Assembly (NCBI GenBank): GCA_035430965.1 | Contig: DAOMHQ010000001.1 | Coordinates: 16,338 to 73,635 of the forward strand | From: a bacterium | Lineage (GTDB): Bacteria > Hinthialibacterota > Hinthialibacteria > Hinthialibacterales > JAKPRU01 | Direction: 5' to 3' | DNA length: 57,298 bases | Shown: positions 17,369 through 26,244 of the stretch, piece by piece | Position numbering within the stretch: the first letter of the stretch is position 1 | How the letters are laid out: the number at the start of each line of letters is the position of its first letter | Notes under the pieces: generated by a model | Databases searched by the model: none | What the model was told of the DNA's origin: nothing | The model's input: the letters and a program-made list of their open reading frames with translations, nothing else | Translations under genes and position numbers: made by a program

Positions 17369-18304
17369 TCAGGTCAGTTTACGGCGATAGTAATCGAGAA
17401 GCACCGCAACGACAATGACACACCCGATTACGATTTTCTGCCAGACCGATGCGATGTCGAGTAAAGTCAATCCGTTACGCAATACTCCCATCAACAGTGC
17501 CCCGAACAGAGTGCCGACCACAGTTCCTCGCCCGCCAAACAGGCTTGTGCCACCGATGATCACCGCCGCGATAACATCGAGCTCCTGGCCCTCGCCGACA
17601 ATCGGGGTGGCGGAGTCCTGACGGGCTATCGTGATAATGGATGCGACTCCCGCACAAAGTCCCGAAAGGAGAAACACGCCCATTTTGATCTTGCCGACAG
17701 AGACACCGGACAATCGTGCCGCAACCGGATTCCCGCCCGCCGCCACCACCTTTCGACCGAATGCTGTCTTGCTGAGCACAACCTGACCCAGAACCACCGC
17801 CGCCATTGCTTCCAGTGCCGGAAACGGAAGTCCGATCAGAGATCCCTTGGCGATCATTGTGAATCCTTCCGGGAATCCGTATAGCGGCTTTGCATCGGTC
17901 AACAGGAGCGCAATCCCCCGGTCGATGTACAAAAGCCCCAATGTCACGATAAATGAGGGTAGTCCCCAGGTCACCACAATTCCACCTGCGATCAATCCGC
18001 TCACCATTCCCGTGAGTATCCCGGCACCGACCGATATGACAATAGAGTGCCCGGCTTCCAGCAGCATCCCGCTCACCATCGCACAAAGCGCTAATAGCGA
18101 ACCGATGGAGAGGTCAATCTCCGCTGTGGTAATCACAAAGGTCATCCCCACCGCCATAATCATCGTTACCGAGGTCTGGGTGAGGATATTCGACAGGTTC
18201 TTCCAGGTCAGAAAATACTCAGTCTGAAACGCAAGCAGGACGCCCAGCAGCAGCAGGACAATCCCGACACCCAGACGATCCAACATGCGAAGGAATAAAG
18301 ACAT
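17369..18304 (-). CDS. Sugar ABC transporter permease (RbsC/AraH-type)
   Basis: 311 aa, polytopic. TAEIDLSIGS and GGTSLFGGRGT motifs characteristic of ribose-type permeases. Confidence 0.85.
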   Translation of the reverse strand: MSLFLRMLDRLGVGIVLLLLGVLLAFQTEYFLTWKNLSNILTQTSVTMIMAVGMTFVITTAEIDLSIGSLLALCAMVSGMLLEAGHSIVISVGAGILTGMVSGLIAGGIVVTWGLPSFIVTLGLLYIDRGIALLLTDAKPLYGFPEGFTMIAKGSLIGLPFPALEAMAAVVLGQVVLSKTAFGRKVVAAGGNPVAARLSGVSVGKIKMGVFLLSGLCAGVASIITIARQDSATPIVGEGQELDVIAAVIIGGTSLFGGRGTVVGTLFGALLMGVLRNGLTLLDIASVWQKIVIGCVIVVAVLLDYYRRKLT

Positions 18305-18354
18305 ACCGTGTTTTCTCCAGCCACCCTTACGCCCACCAGGAGAGCATCTTCTTC

Positions 18355-18389
18355 TCCCTCTCCCACCGGGAGAGGGTTGGAGTGAGGGG
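18355..18389 (+). repeat. Family-A repeat, copy 5
   Basis: tCCCTCTCCC-acc-GGGAGAGGGttGGaGtgaGGGG between the FGE/BNR gene stop and the permease start. A partial copy (gCCCACCaGGAGAGc) lies just before it. Confidence 0.85.
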
Positions 18390-18400
18390 CATTCTACCCC

Positions 18401-20872
18401 CTACCGGCTTATCTCGGATTCCACCGCATATCCATCGACAAATCGCGTGCGTCGTATCAATTTGCCCTCTCGGTTCCACAGAAATGTGTCATCCACACAG
18501 CGATGATCCCGCCACGTTGACTGCGATTTCCTGTTCCCGTTGGTCCAATGCTGCGACCAGACACTGGCTCCGTCCGGGTTGTGGTCCCACCGCCATTTCA
18601 TTTTACCGTCCGGAGTCCAGTAGGTTTCCGAGCCGATCTTTTTACCGTCTTGATAGGTGACTTCATATTGGACTTGTCCATTGTCGTAAAGCCAGCGTTC
18701 CGGGCCGTCCAGTCGATAATGTCCATCCTCTGTAACTTTGCCTTCGTATGAGGCTCGCAGGGTTCCATTGGGATCAACCTCTTCTCCTCGACCACGCTGC
18801 ACGGATTTTGCCGAAACCGCAAATTGACCAGGATCGGCGGGGGCATCGGAGAGAATCCAGGCCTCGTTCATTCCAAAATGAAGGCATGGATGATTCATGG
18901 TTGTCATCAGGTGAATGATCCCGTTGGGGGCTTGGCAGGCGACCGAATACCCCAAAGTCGGATCTTTCATTCCGTTTGTTCCCCAATGCGGACCGATATT
19001 CGGGATCGTATGACATTCATGCTGCTGCGCGGCATCAAGTCTCTTGATATGCCAGGTCTTTCCTTCATCATCTGACAGGGCAACAAACGAGCCGCGTTCC
19101 GTGATTCCTTGTGGCTGCTTGTTTGTTGTGCTCTGGAAATCGCTTGCGAAGAAGAGCCGCCCGCTTTGGAGCCGGATCACTGTGGGCCGCTGGTTAAACG
19201 CCAACGCCGCAAAAACGGTCCGGCTGACTTCCCAGGTCTTGCCACGGTCGGAGGAGATCGACTGGGGCATATATCCGTCGATGTCGGTGTTCTTGCCGCC
19301 CAAGCCGAGAATGCGCCCATCCGACAAGGGAACAAAGGTCGTATGGCGGCCTCCGGTTCGTCCACCGGTGTCGTACCAGGTTTCTCCATTGTTGTCGCTT
19401 GCCCATAGCAGCGAGGTTCCACCTTCTCCATCGCTGGCCATGAATATAGTTCCATTTAGCCGGAACGCGCTGTTGATCGGCTGAGGAGAATACGAACCGA
19501 CAGGTCCATGGATGAGAGGAAGATGCAACACCGGAGATCTTCTCATATCTTCAGAATATGTTTCGAGCGGCTTGATCTCATCAGTTAGCTGCAATCGGCT
19601 CCATGTGGCCCCGTTATCTTGCGATTTGCACCACCGGAACGGGACTCCCGGCAGATCCACACCACCCGTGAATAGATAAAGCGTACCCTGGTCATTCCAG
19701 AGCAGCGCGCTTTGTTCGGCAGCATCCGGGAAATCATAGAACAGTTCCGGCATGTCCCATTGCTCGGAACCGAATCGAAGACGGGTCATCATAAAGCAGA
19801 CATTGGGTTTGTATTCTGTCTTGTTCGTGGAGGATGTGAAAAAGCAGGCGAGTACATCGCCATTGGAGCAGACCGTCATACCGGGGCTGTGATTGTGCCC
19901 CAGGACCGCCGGATGGATGCCCGCAGCCAGGCGGTCATCCGCCTGGTCGTTATCCGGGGGAATCGGCAGCAATGGACGCATCGTGAAATAGGGTTTCTCC
20001 GGATCGGGACCTTGTTTTACATAATTTGTCGATTGTTTGACGCATTGCACCGGGAACGGGAGTTCCGGCGGATTCACCGCCGATTTTGGCACGGGAGCCA
20101 TTGCGACACGAAAGCCTACGGGTATTACGCCGTTGCCCATCCGAGCCGATTCATCCCCACTGAACGGGTATTCCGGCGGTAAGCCTGCCCGGTTTGCCGA
20201 ACGCAGGTAATAGGGCGAATCCGGGATTTGAATGCCTCCCCCCCGAATGACCCGCGCAACACCCGTCTCTGGGCCGTCCGGATCGGTCTCGTCAAAGTCT
20301 GGGTACATTTCATGCCAGTCCAGGCACCATTCCGTCGGGAGTTGGTGCATGTTCTTCAATCCCCAGGGATTCGGCGTATCCGATTCGGGTGGGAGATCTC
20401 CCGATGAGAATAGAGTCGTTGTTCCCGCCCGGCAGGCGTATTCCCATTCCGCCTCGGTTGGCAGGCGGTACGGTTTTCCTTCTTTTTTGCTGAGCCATTC
20501 GCAGAACGCCGTGGCCTCATTCCAGGAAATGTTGCAGACATAAGGCGCACATCGGTCTGTTCCCTTGTAGTCCGGGTGGAACTGGCGGAACTGCTCGATG
20601 GTGACCTCAGTTTCAGAAAGATAGAATCCATTTGTGATCGTGACTTTACGCGCTGGATGTTCATCCCAGTCCCCGTTCGGGAGAAGCTCGAATTGCCCCA
20701 GTTTCTCCGGCGGTGTGGGATTCAGCTCACCCATTTGAAATTCGCCTGCCTGAATCGGAATCATCTTCATACCGATCGTGTTTGTGAGAGGTTCTAGTGC
20801 AGCGCCGATGACGCTCTGCTGCAGAAAGACTGTGAGAATGGCGATGATTGACAGGAGATGTTGAGGACGCAT
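18401..20872 (-). CDS. Secreted multidomain protein: formylglycine-generating-enzyme (SUMF1) domain + BNR/sialidase-like beta-propeller + MORN-variant repeats
   Basis: Signal peptide. FGE motifs (HPARKVTITNGFYLSETEVT, RLPTEAEWEYACRAG, RGG..). Four Asp-boxes SxDxGxTW (SQDNGATW, SDNNGETW, SSDRGKTW, SDDEGKTW). C-terminal YDNGQVQYEVTYQDGKKIGSETYWTPDGK repeats. Confidence 0.75.
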   Translation of the reverse strand: MRPQHLLSIIAILTVFLQQSVIGAALEPLTNTIGMKMIPIQAGEFQMGELNPTPPEKLGQFELLPNGDWDEHPARKVTITNGFYLSETEVTIEQFRQFHPDYKGTDRCAPYVCNISWNEATAFCEWLSKKEGKPYRLPTEAEWEYACRAGTTTLFSSGDLPPESDTPNPWGLKNMHQLPTEWCLDWHEMYPDFDETDPDGPETGVARVIRGGGIQIPDSPYYLRSANRAGLPPEYPFSGDESARMGNGVIPVGFRVAMAPVPKSAVNPPELPFPVQCVKQSTNYVKQGPDPEKPYFTMRPLLPIPPDNDQADDRLAAGIHPAVLGHNHSPGMTVCSNGDVLACFFTSSTNKTEYKPNVCFMMTRLRFGSEQWDMPELFYDFPDAAEQSALLWNDQGTLYLFTGGVDLPGVPFRWCKSQDNGATWSRLQLTDEIKPLETYSEDMRRSPVLHLPLIHGPVGSYSPQPINSAFRLNGTIFMASDGEGGTSLLWASDNNGETWYDTGGRTGGRHTTFVPLSDGRILGLGGKNTDIDGYMPQSISSDRGKTWEVSRTVFAALAFNQRPTVIRLQSGRLFFASDFQSTTNKQPQGITERGSFVALSDDEGKTWHIKRLDAAQQHECHTIPNIGPHWGTNGMKDPTLGYSVACQAPNGIIHLMTTMNHPCLHFGMNEAWILSDAPADPGQFAVSAKSVQRGRGEEVDPNGTLRASYEGKVTEDGHYRLDGPERWLYDNGQVQYEVTYQDGKKIGSETYWTPDGKMKWRWDHNPDGASVWSQHWTNGNRKSQSTWRDHRCVDDTFLWNREGKLIRRTRFVDGYAVESEISR

Positions 20873-21001
20873 TGATTTTCTCCATGGCGAAGAATATGTA
20901 CGGAATCCTAATCGGCGCTTTCCGTTCGGTCAACCAATCGACTGAAGGTGCATTGCATAGAATGGTCCCACCCGTAGAATGTTTTCCGGGAGATATAGCC
21001 A

Positions 21002-21838
21002 ATGGAACGAGTTACGATTGAAGGAGTCGAATTAACCCTGGCCAATCCGGTGGAATGGCCTGCGGAATGGGTCGGGCGACCGGATTTGTTGCTCCAGGTG
21101 ATTGCCGCCTGGATGAAAGTCACGGAAGAGGATTTGCCTCTTCATCCCCGTCTGCTCGGCAAACCCGGTGTCGGGAAAACCACACTGGCCTACGCCGCCG
21201 CAAAAACCCTGAACAGGGATGTGTACCTGTTCCAGGCGACCATGGACACGCGCCCGGAAGACCTGATTATCACGCCGGTGATCGCGGAACAGGGCAAGCT
21301 GCGGTATGTCGCCAGCCCTGTTGTGACCGCGATGATCCGGGGCGGAGTGTGTATTCTCGATGAGGGTAACCGGATGAGCGAGAAGAGCTGGGCTTCGCTG
21401 GCCCCGCTTCTGGACAACCGGCGGTATGTCGAATCCCTGGTTGCCGGAATTACGATTAAGGCATCGCCGGAGTTCCGACTGTGCGCCACCATGAACGACG
21501 ATGCCAGCACGTTCGACCTGCCGGAATACATCCATTCGCGCCTTCAGCCGCAGATCCTGATCGAGTTCCCGGAACGGGATGAAGAAGCGCTGATCCTGCA
21601 CCGCAACCTTCCGTATGCGGATGAATCTGTCCTGGAATACGTGGTGAATTTCCTTCAGCGGGCGCATGAAAGCCAGGAACGGTACACGGTGCGGGATGGC
21701 ATCAATGTGGCCCGATATGCGATCAAGTTGCTTCAACTCTCCAAAGGCAAATCTTCCGATGAACCGCTGGGCGCTCAAGAGGCCCTGATTCGGGCAGTGA
21801 CCTCGATTCTTGGCGAAGATGCAACTTTCTACCTCTGA
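21002..21838 (+). CDS. AAA+ ATPase, AAA_5 / MoxR-CbbQ-NorQ type
   Basis: 278 aa. Walker A LLGKPGVGKTT and Walker B VCILDEGNR. RLCATMNDD sensor region, collinear with CbbQ/NorQ-type ATPases. Confidence 0.8.
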   Translation: MERVTIEGVELTLANPVEWPAEWVGRPDLLLQVIAAWMKVTEEDLPLHPRLLGKPGVGKTTLAYAAAKTLNRDVYLFQATMDTRPEDLIITPVIAEQGKLRYVASPVVTAMIRGGVCILDEGNRMSEKSWASLAPLLDNRRYVESLVAGITIKASPEFRLCATMNDDASTFDLPEYIHSRLQPQILIEFPERDEEALILHRNLPYADESVLEYVVNFLQRAHESQERYTVRDGINVARYAIKLLQLSKGKSSDEPLGAQEALIRAVTSILGEDATFYL

Positions 21839-23624
21839 ACCATACACGATCCTGCCCATGATCCACGGTTGTCTGGAGACCGCCGTGGCTGTGCGGGAAC
21901 GACTGCTTGCCTGCCACCCCGAAGCGATAGCTGTCGAGCTGCCGCGCACCTTGGAGCAGGCTGTGATTCAGGCGTGCCGGCGGCTGCCCCACTTGTCAGT
22001 AGTTTCCTATGAACAAGGCGACGGTCAGCCGGTCTATGTGCTGGTCGAGCCGTGCGATGGAATGATTGAGGCCATTCGCTTTGCCCTGGAGAATAGAATC
22101 CCGCTGATCTTCGCCGACAGGGATATGGAAGGGTATGGCGCGAAACTGGACCCTCTGCCGGACCCCTACGCCATCCGTCGTATTGGCTATGAGGCATATC
22201 TGGATGAGTATCTGAAGTCCGGGCTGGAAACACAGGACCCGGACGACCGGATGCGGGAATCCTGCATGGCGTATCATCTCCAGGAATCGGCCCGTCGGTA
22301 CCGAAAGATTGCCCTGGTGTGCGGGCTGGCGCACGTACCGGGAGTGTTGCGGGAAATCGAAATCCCGCAGGCTTTTCCGATTCAGAGGATCCGCCGGGAA
22401 GGGGTTACGATCTGGAACCTGTCTAAGAGATCCTCGCGGGAGGTTCTATCGGAACCGGCATTCATTCAGGCCGCTTATGAACGATATCGAACGCGCTCTC
22501 AGGAACCTGTTCCCGACCGCCTGCTGCTTCATCGGAACCTTCTGGAACACGCCCGCCTGAAATATCAGGAGAATGTGGGGGAGAAACTCTCGGTGAGCCA
22601 GGTGAGTGTTTTTCATCAATACGGCAGGAATCTGGCGCTTCTGGAGGGCAAACTGGCGCCGGATTTGTATAACTTGATCCTCGCCGCGAGGGGATGCGCG
22701 GATGACAACTTTGCGTATGAAGTCTGGGATGCGGCTACCGACTATCCCTGGCATGATTCCACCGCGAAACTGCCCATCCTGGATATCAGTCCGGAGGATC
22801 TGCAACGCCATTCCCGACATGTCCATTTTCATCGAACGTTCAAGCGTCTGCGCAAGATTCTGCGCTCGATCCCTCCCCGAAAACGGGAAAACCAGCCCGG
22901 CGAATGGCGGGAACGCTGGGGGGGCGTGTTTATATGCAGCTATCCCCCGGAAGATATTGTGATCGAGTCCTATGGCGCTTTTCTGCAGAAAAAGGGAAAG
23001 TCGATCCTCTCTGAGGAGAACACCCATGTGGAGCCGTTCACAACCTCCCTCCTGGACGGCATCGACATCCGGGAAACCGTGCGAAACTGGCATGAGGGGA
23101 AGATCTACGTGCGGGAATCCCGGAACGTGCAGGGGAAAGTCGGATCGGTGGTGGTGATTCTGGATGAGGATGATCCATCCGAGGGGAAATCGAAATATCC
23201 CTGGAAAAGTGTCTGGCACGGGGAGCACAGCCAGGAATCCGATATGGCCTTCTATGCCACTCCTGCCGGGGAACACCTGGCGGGGCCGGGAATTTCCCGC
23301 TGCGAATACGGAGGATTCTTAATGACCTACCCCCCGGGTCGATTGGGGGATATCTGGTCCGATCCGTTTTACGCGGTCACACGAAACAAACCGGAACGGC
23401 TGCTGCTGGCCGGAATCGACTACAGCGAGGACAGATTTATTGTTTACGCGGCGCGAAAACCGCCACGTTCTTATTTCCAGGGATTTGCGGGCCGATTTAG
23501 CCGGAAAATTATCTATATCCCCATCGGGCAACTCTCCCCGGTCACTCTCAAGCAGATTCGCTCCTTTCACGTGCTGGACGGCCGCCATGTCCGCTCCTAT
23601 GCCAGGGAATACATTTGGAAATGA
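21810..23624 (+). CDS. Uncharacterised ~600-aa protein with TraB/PrgY/GumN-like N-terminal domain (DUF5682/YehM-like?)
   Basis: ORF-track start 21810 is TTG. ATG candidates at 21819 and 21858. N-terminal ~190 aa: HGCLETAVAVRERLLACHPEAIAVELP ... DRMRESCMAYHLQE..RKIALVCGLAHVPGV parallels the TraB pattern (GTAHVS..PD.VaVEL ... RD..M......vvaVvGaGHv.G). Remainder has no motif I recognise. Confidence 0.5.
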   Translation: MAKMQLSTSEPYTILPMIHGCLETAVAVRERLLACHPEAIAVELPRTLEQAVIQACRRLPHLSVVSYEQGDGQPVYVLVEPCDGMIEAIRFALENRIPLIFADRDMEGYGAKLDPLPDPYAIRRIGYEAYLDEYLKSGLETQDPDDRMRESCMAYHLQESARRYRKIALVCGLAHVPGVLREIEIPQAFPIQRIRREGVTIWNLSKRSSREVLSEPAFIQAAYERYRTRSQEPVPDRLLLHRNLLEHARLKYQENVGEKLSVSQVSVFHQYGRNLALLEGKLAPDLYNLILAARGCADDNFAYEVWDAATDYPWHDSTAKLPILDISPEDLQRHSRHVHFHRTFKRLRKILRSIPPRKRENQPGEWRERWGGVFICSYPPEDIVIESYGAFLQKKGKSILSEENTHVEPFTTSLLDGIDIRETVRNWHEGKIYVRESRNVQGKVGSVVVILDEDDPSEGKSKYPWKSVWHGEHSQESDMAFYATPAGEHLAGPGISRCEYGGFLMTYPPGRLGDIWSDPFYAVTRNKPERLLLAGIDYSEDRFIVYAARKPPRSYFQGFAGRFSRKIIYIPIGQLSPVTLKQIRSFHVLDGRHVRSYAREYIWK

Positions 23625-23707
23625 GAATCACGAATTGCGGGTTGGAGATAGACCATTCCGCCTCGGAATGGTCCGTATCTGTCCACCAGGGAACGGAGAA
23701 CCCCTCG

Positions 23708-24865
23708 TTATTCAATCTTCAGTGGGAGCCGGACTCGGAAAGTCGTTCCTTCCTTTTGAGTAGAAGTAAAAGATACCCGTCCTTGCAGGTAACGTTCGGT
23801 GAGCAGCCTGACACTATACGTGCCAAGTCCCCGATCCTTGCTTTTTGTGGAAAAGGAACGATGAAAAACCTGCAATTGAGTGTCTCGTTCCATGTATCCG
23901 GGATTATGAACCTGGAAATAGACCGCTCCGTCTTCTCGTTCGCAGCCGACTGTCACGGTTTCACCCTTTTGGCAGGCCTCCAATCCGTTCTTGATGAGGT
24001 TGCCAAGAACTCGGCTCAGCAGCTGGGGATCGGAGATGAATTGCAGATCCTGCGAGGAGGGATCGATTCGAATCGATCGATCGGAGGCCACAGAATGTTT
24101 TTCATACAGACGAACGAGATCCTCCAACAGGTAGACTGTGTCAATGGATGTGGGGCGGACCGCAAGATCGCCGCTTTCCGCGGTCACTAATTCGCTTTGC
24201 GCTTTGATTTCTTCGAGAATCTGATTGGTGATATCGGTCAGTTCACGCCGGTATTCGGGCCATTCATCGGGGCTAAGATCGCCCAGAGTCTGCAAGTATC
24301 CCAGAAGTCCTCCCGCTGTGTTGAGGATGTCGTGAAAGAAGATCCGTTCGAGAGCGGCTCGGCGTTTCTCGTGGCTGATATCGGTCACGGTGAAAAAAGT
24401 GAAACTCTCCCCATCCATCTCAAACGGTGTGGCACAGACTCTCAGGTCCATGGCCTCTCCGTGTTCATTGCGAAGGATGCGGCATTCCTGGACGTCGCGC
24501 TTTCCATGAATGCTGGACAGGATGGCACGGACCGCACCACAGGTGGTACAGAACTCCGTGGTGCCGCATTCGCTGTCGGTCTCGATCCTATGGGCGCATT
24601 GGAAGGCCTCTCCCGGGCGAAGACCGCATAGAGACTCCCGTTCCTTCAGACCCAGGAAATCCAGGAGAGATTTGTTGCTGTAAACGATTTGGCGTTGTTC
24701 GTTCAAGATCAGAACGATATCCGGAATCGCGTCCAGAAGTAGACTCAGCAGGGAGAAACCGGAGAATTGCCGAAATTGCCGTTCCACCTCCTCCGGCGAG
24801 GCCGTTTCCGCCGGTGCGAAATGAGTGGACGACTTATCGGAACTCATCGTTGACAGTCCCTTCAT
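23708..24865 (-). CDS. Sensor histidine kinase (PAS-like sensor with Cys-rich motif, HisKA, HATPase_c); no cognate response regulator nearby
   Basis: ORF 23708..25129, trimmed to ATG 24865 or 24847 because upstream codons overlap the DegT gene. H-box ERIFFHDILNTAGG. G-boxes DRGLGTYSVRLL. Sensor motif CGLRPGEAFQCAHRIETDSECGTTEFCTTCGAVRA. Confidence 0.8.
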   Translation of the reverse strand: MKGLSTMSSDKSSTHFAPAETASPEEVERQFRQFSGFSLLSLLLDAIPDIVLILNEQRQIVYSNKSLLDFLGLKERESLCGLRPGEAFQCAHRIETDSECGTTEFCTTCGAVRAILSSIHGKRDVQECRILRNEHGEAMDLRVCATPFEMDGESFTFFTVTDISHEKRRAALERIFFHDILNTAGGLLGYLQTLGDLSPDEWPEYRRELTDITNQILEEIKAQSELVTAESGDLAVRPTSIDTVYLLEDLVRLYEKHSVASDRSIRIDPSSQDLQFISDPQLLSRVLGNLIKNGLEACQKGETVTVGCEREDGAVYFQVHNPGYMERDTQLQVFHRSFSTKSKDRGLGTYSVRLLTERYLQGRVSFTSTQKEGTTFRVRLPLKIE

Positions 24866-24989
24866 GCGACTCCGAGAAAATTCCCATCGAATGATACGGG
24901 TTGCATAACTCCTGTCAAGCAAAAGCAGGGAGGGCGGCGAGCAGATCGCTCTCACCGCCCTGTGTTTGCCAAGGATTTGTCCGCGGATT

Positions 24990-26231
24990 TCAGACCCGGT
25001 TTTGATCGGCGACTTTACGGAAAATGCCCGCCGCCAGTTCGCAGTCGTCTTCCGTGTATCGTTCGCAGAAGGTGGACCAGCGAACCCAAGTTTCCAGAAA
25101 GGCATGGGCTGTTGGGCAAGTCCTTTCATCGTATCGGTATTCGCGGGATGCGGGAGGCATGGAATACGGGTAGATTTTCTGTTGAGCGTTCTCTTGCAGG
25201 AAAGTCAGCGCTTCCGGCATGAGATAGTATTTTCCCAAGCCCGCACCGGGAATCCCGGCTTTTGCCAGTTGATCGGCAAATTCCTCCGTACTGCACCGGA
25301 ACGCTTTCGGGGCCAGGCTGACTCCGACCATCCAGCAGGAATAGACATTTTGATAGTCCGGGATAGGCAGCGGGGTAATGCCGGGGATCTCTCCCAGTTT
25401 CTCGGACAGGAGCCGGATCATCTTGTCCCGTTGGGCCACCTGGTCTTTAATCAATTCCAACTGCGCCAGAGAGACTGCCGCCGTACATAACGGCATCCGG
25501 TAGGCGAATCCGAGCTCCGTGTGCAGGCGACCGAAATGCGGCCGCATCTGAGCGCCACGACTCTGGCCGATGAACCGAGTCCGTTCGGCAAGATCGTCAT
25601 CATTCGTGACAACGCATCCCCCGACATCGGACCCCATGGTCTTCTCCGAGTCGAACGAAAATCCGGCTGCTTTACCCAGGGTCCCCGCATACCGACCTTT
25701 GTATTCACCGAAGACAGCCTGGCAGGCATCCTCATACACAATCAAGCCATGCTTTTCAGCAAGGGCGTTGATCGGGTCCATGTCGCAAATCAGGCCGGTC
25801 TTATGAACGGCCAGAATGGCCCGTGTTCGGTCCGTGATACACGGTTCGATGGTCTCCGCACTCATGTTGACTGTGCCCGGAGCGGTGTCCGCAAAGACCG
25901 GGATATAGTTCTGGTCGATCACGCCGAGGAGTGTGCCGTAATCGGTGATCGGGCTGACGATGATTTCATCGCCGGGTTTGAATGGGAACGCCGCCGCGAG
26001 AACATGCAAGGCCGGTGTGCAGCCCGGCGTGGCGATGCAATGCTTCATCCCGATTTCCCGGGCAAATGCCTGTTCGAACCGCTCGGTCATGTTGCACATG
26101 AGGCCGCTGTCCACGATCTCCTGCAGGTATTTCATGCAGTTCGGCCCCATGGTGCGGGGAAAAGCCGTCGGTAAAGCCCCCACGTCATTTTTGTGCGCTT
26201 CCGCACCATACTTCGCTCGTGTGATTGCCAT
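24990..26231 (-). CDS. DegT/DnrJ/EryC1/StrS family PLP-dependent aminotransferase
   Basis: ORF 24990..26408, trimmed to MAITRAK (ATG 26231). Motifs ATPGCTPALHV, YEDACQA, GFSFDSEKTM (Lys for PLP). Confidence 0.8.
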   Translation of the reverse strand: MAITRAKYGAEAHKNDVGALPTAFPRTMGPNCMKYLQEIVDSGLMCNMTERFEQAFAREIGMKHCIATPGCTPALHVLAAAFPFKPGDEIIVSPITDYGTLLGVIDQNYIPVFADTAPGTVNMSAETIEPCITDRTRAILAVHKTGLICDMDPINALAEKHGLIVYEDACQAVFGEYKGRYAGTLGKAAGFSFDSEKTMGSDVGGCVVTNDDDLAERTRFIGQSRGAQMRPHFGRLHTELGFAYRMPLCTAAVSLAQLELIKDQVAQRDKMIRLLSEKLGEIPGITPLPIPDYQNVYSCWMVGVSLAPKAFRCSTEEFADQLAKAGIPGAGLGKYYLMPEALTFLQENAQQKIYPYSMPPASREYRYDERTCPTAHAFLETWVRWSTFCERYTEDDCELAAGIFRKVADQNRV

Positions 26232-26244
26232 GTTCTGTGCTCCT

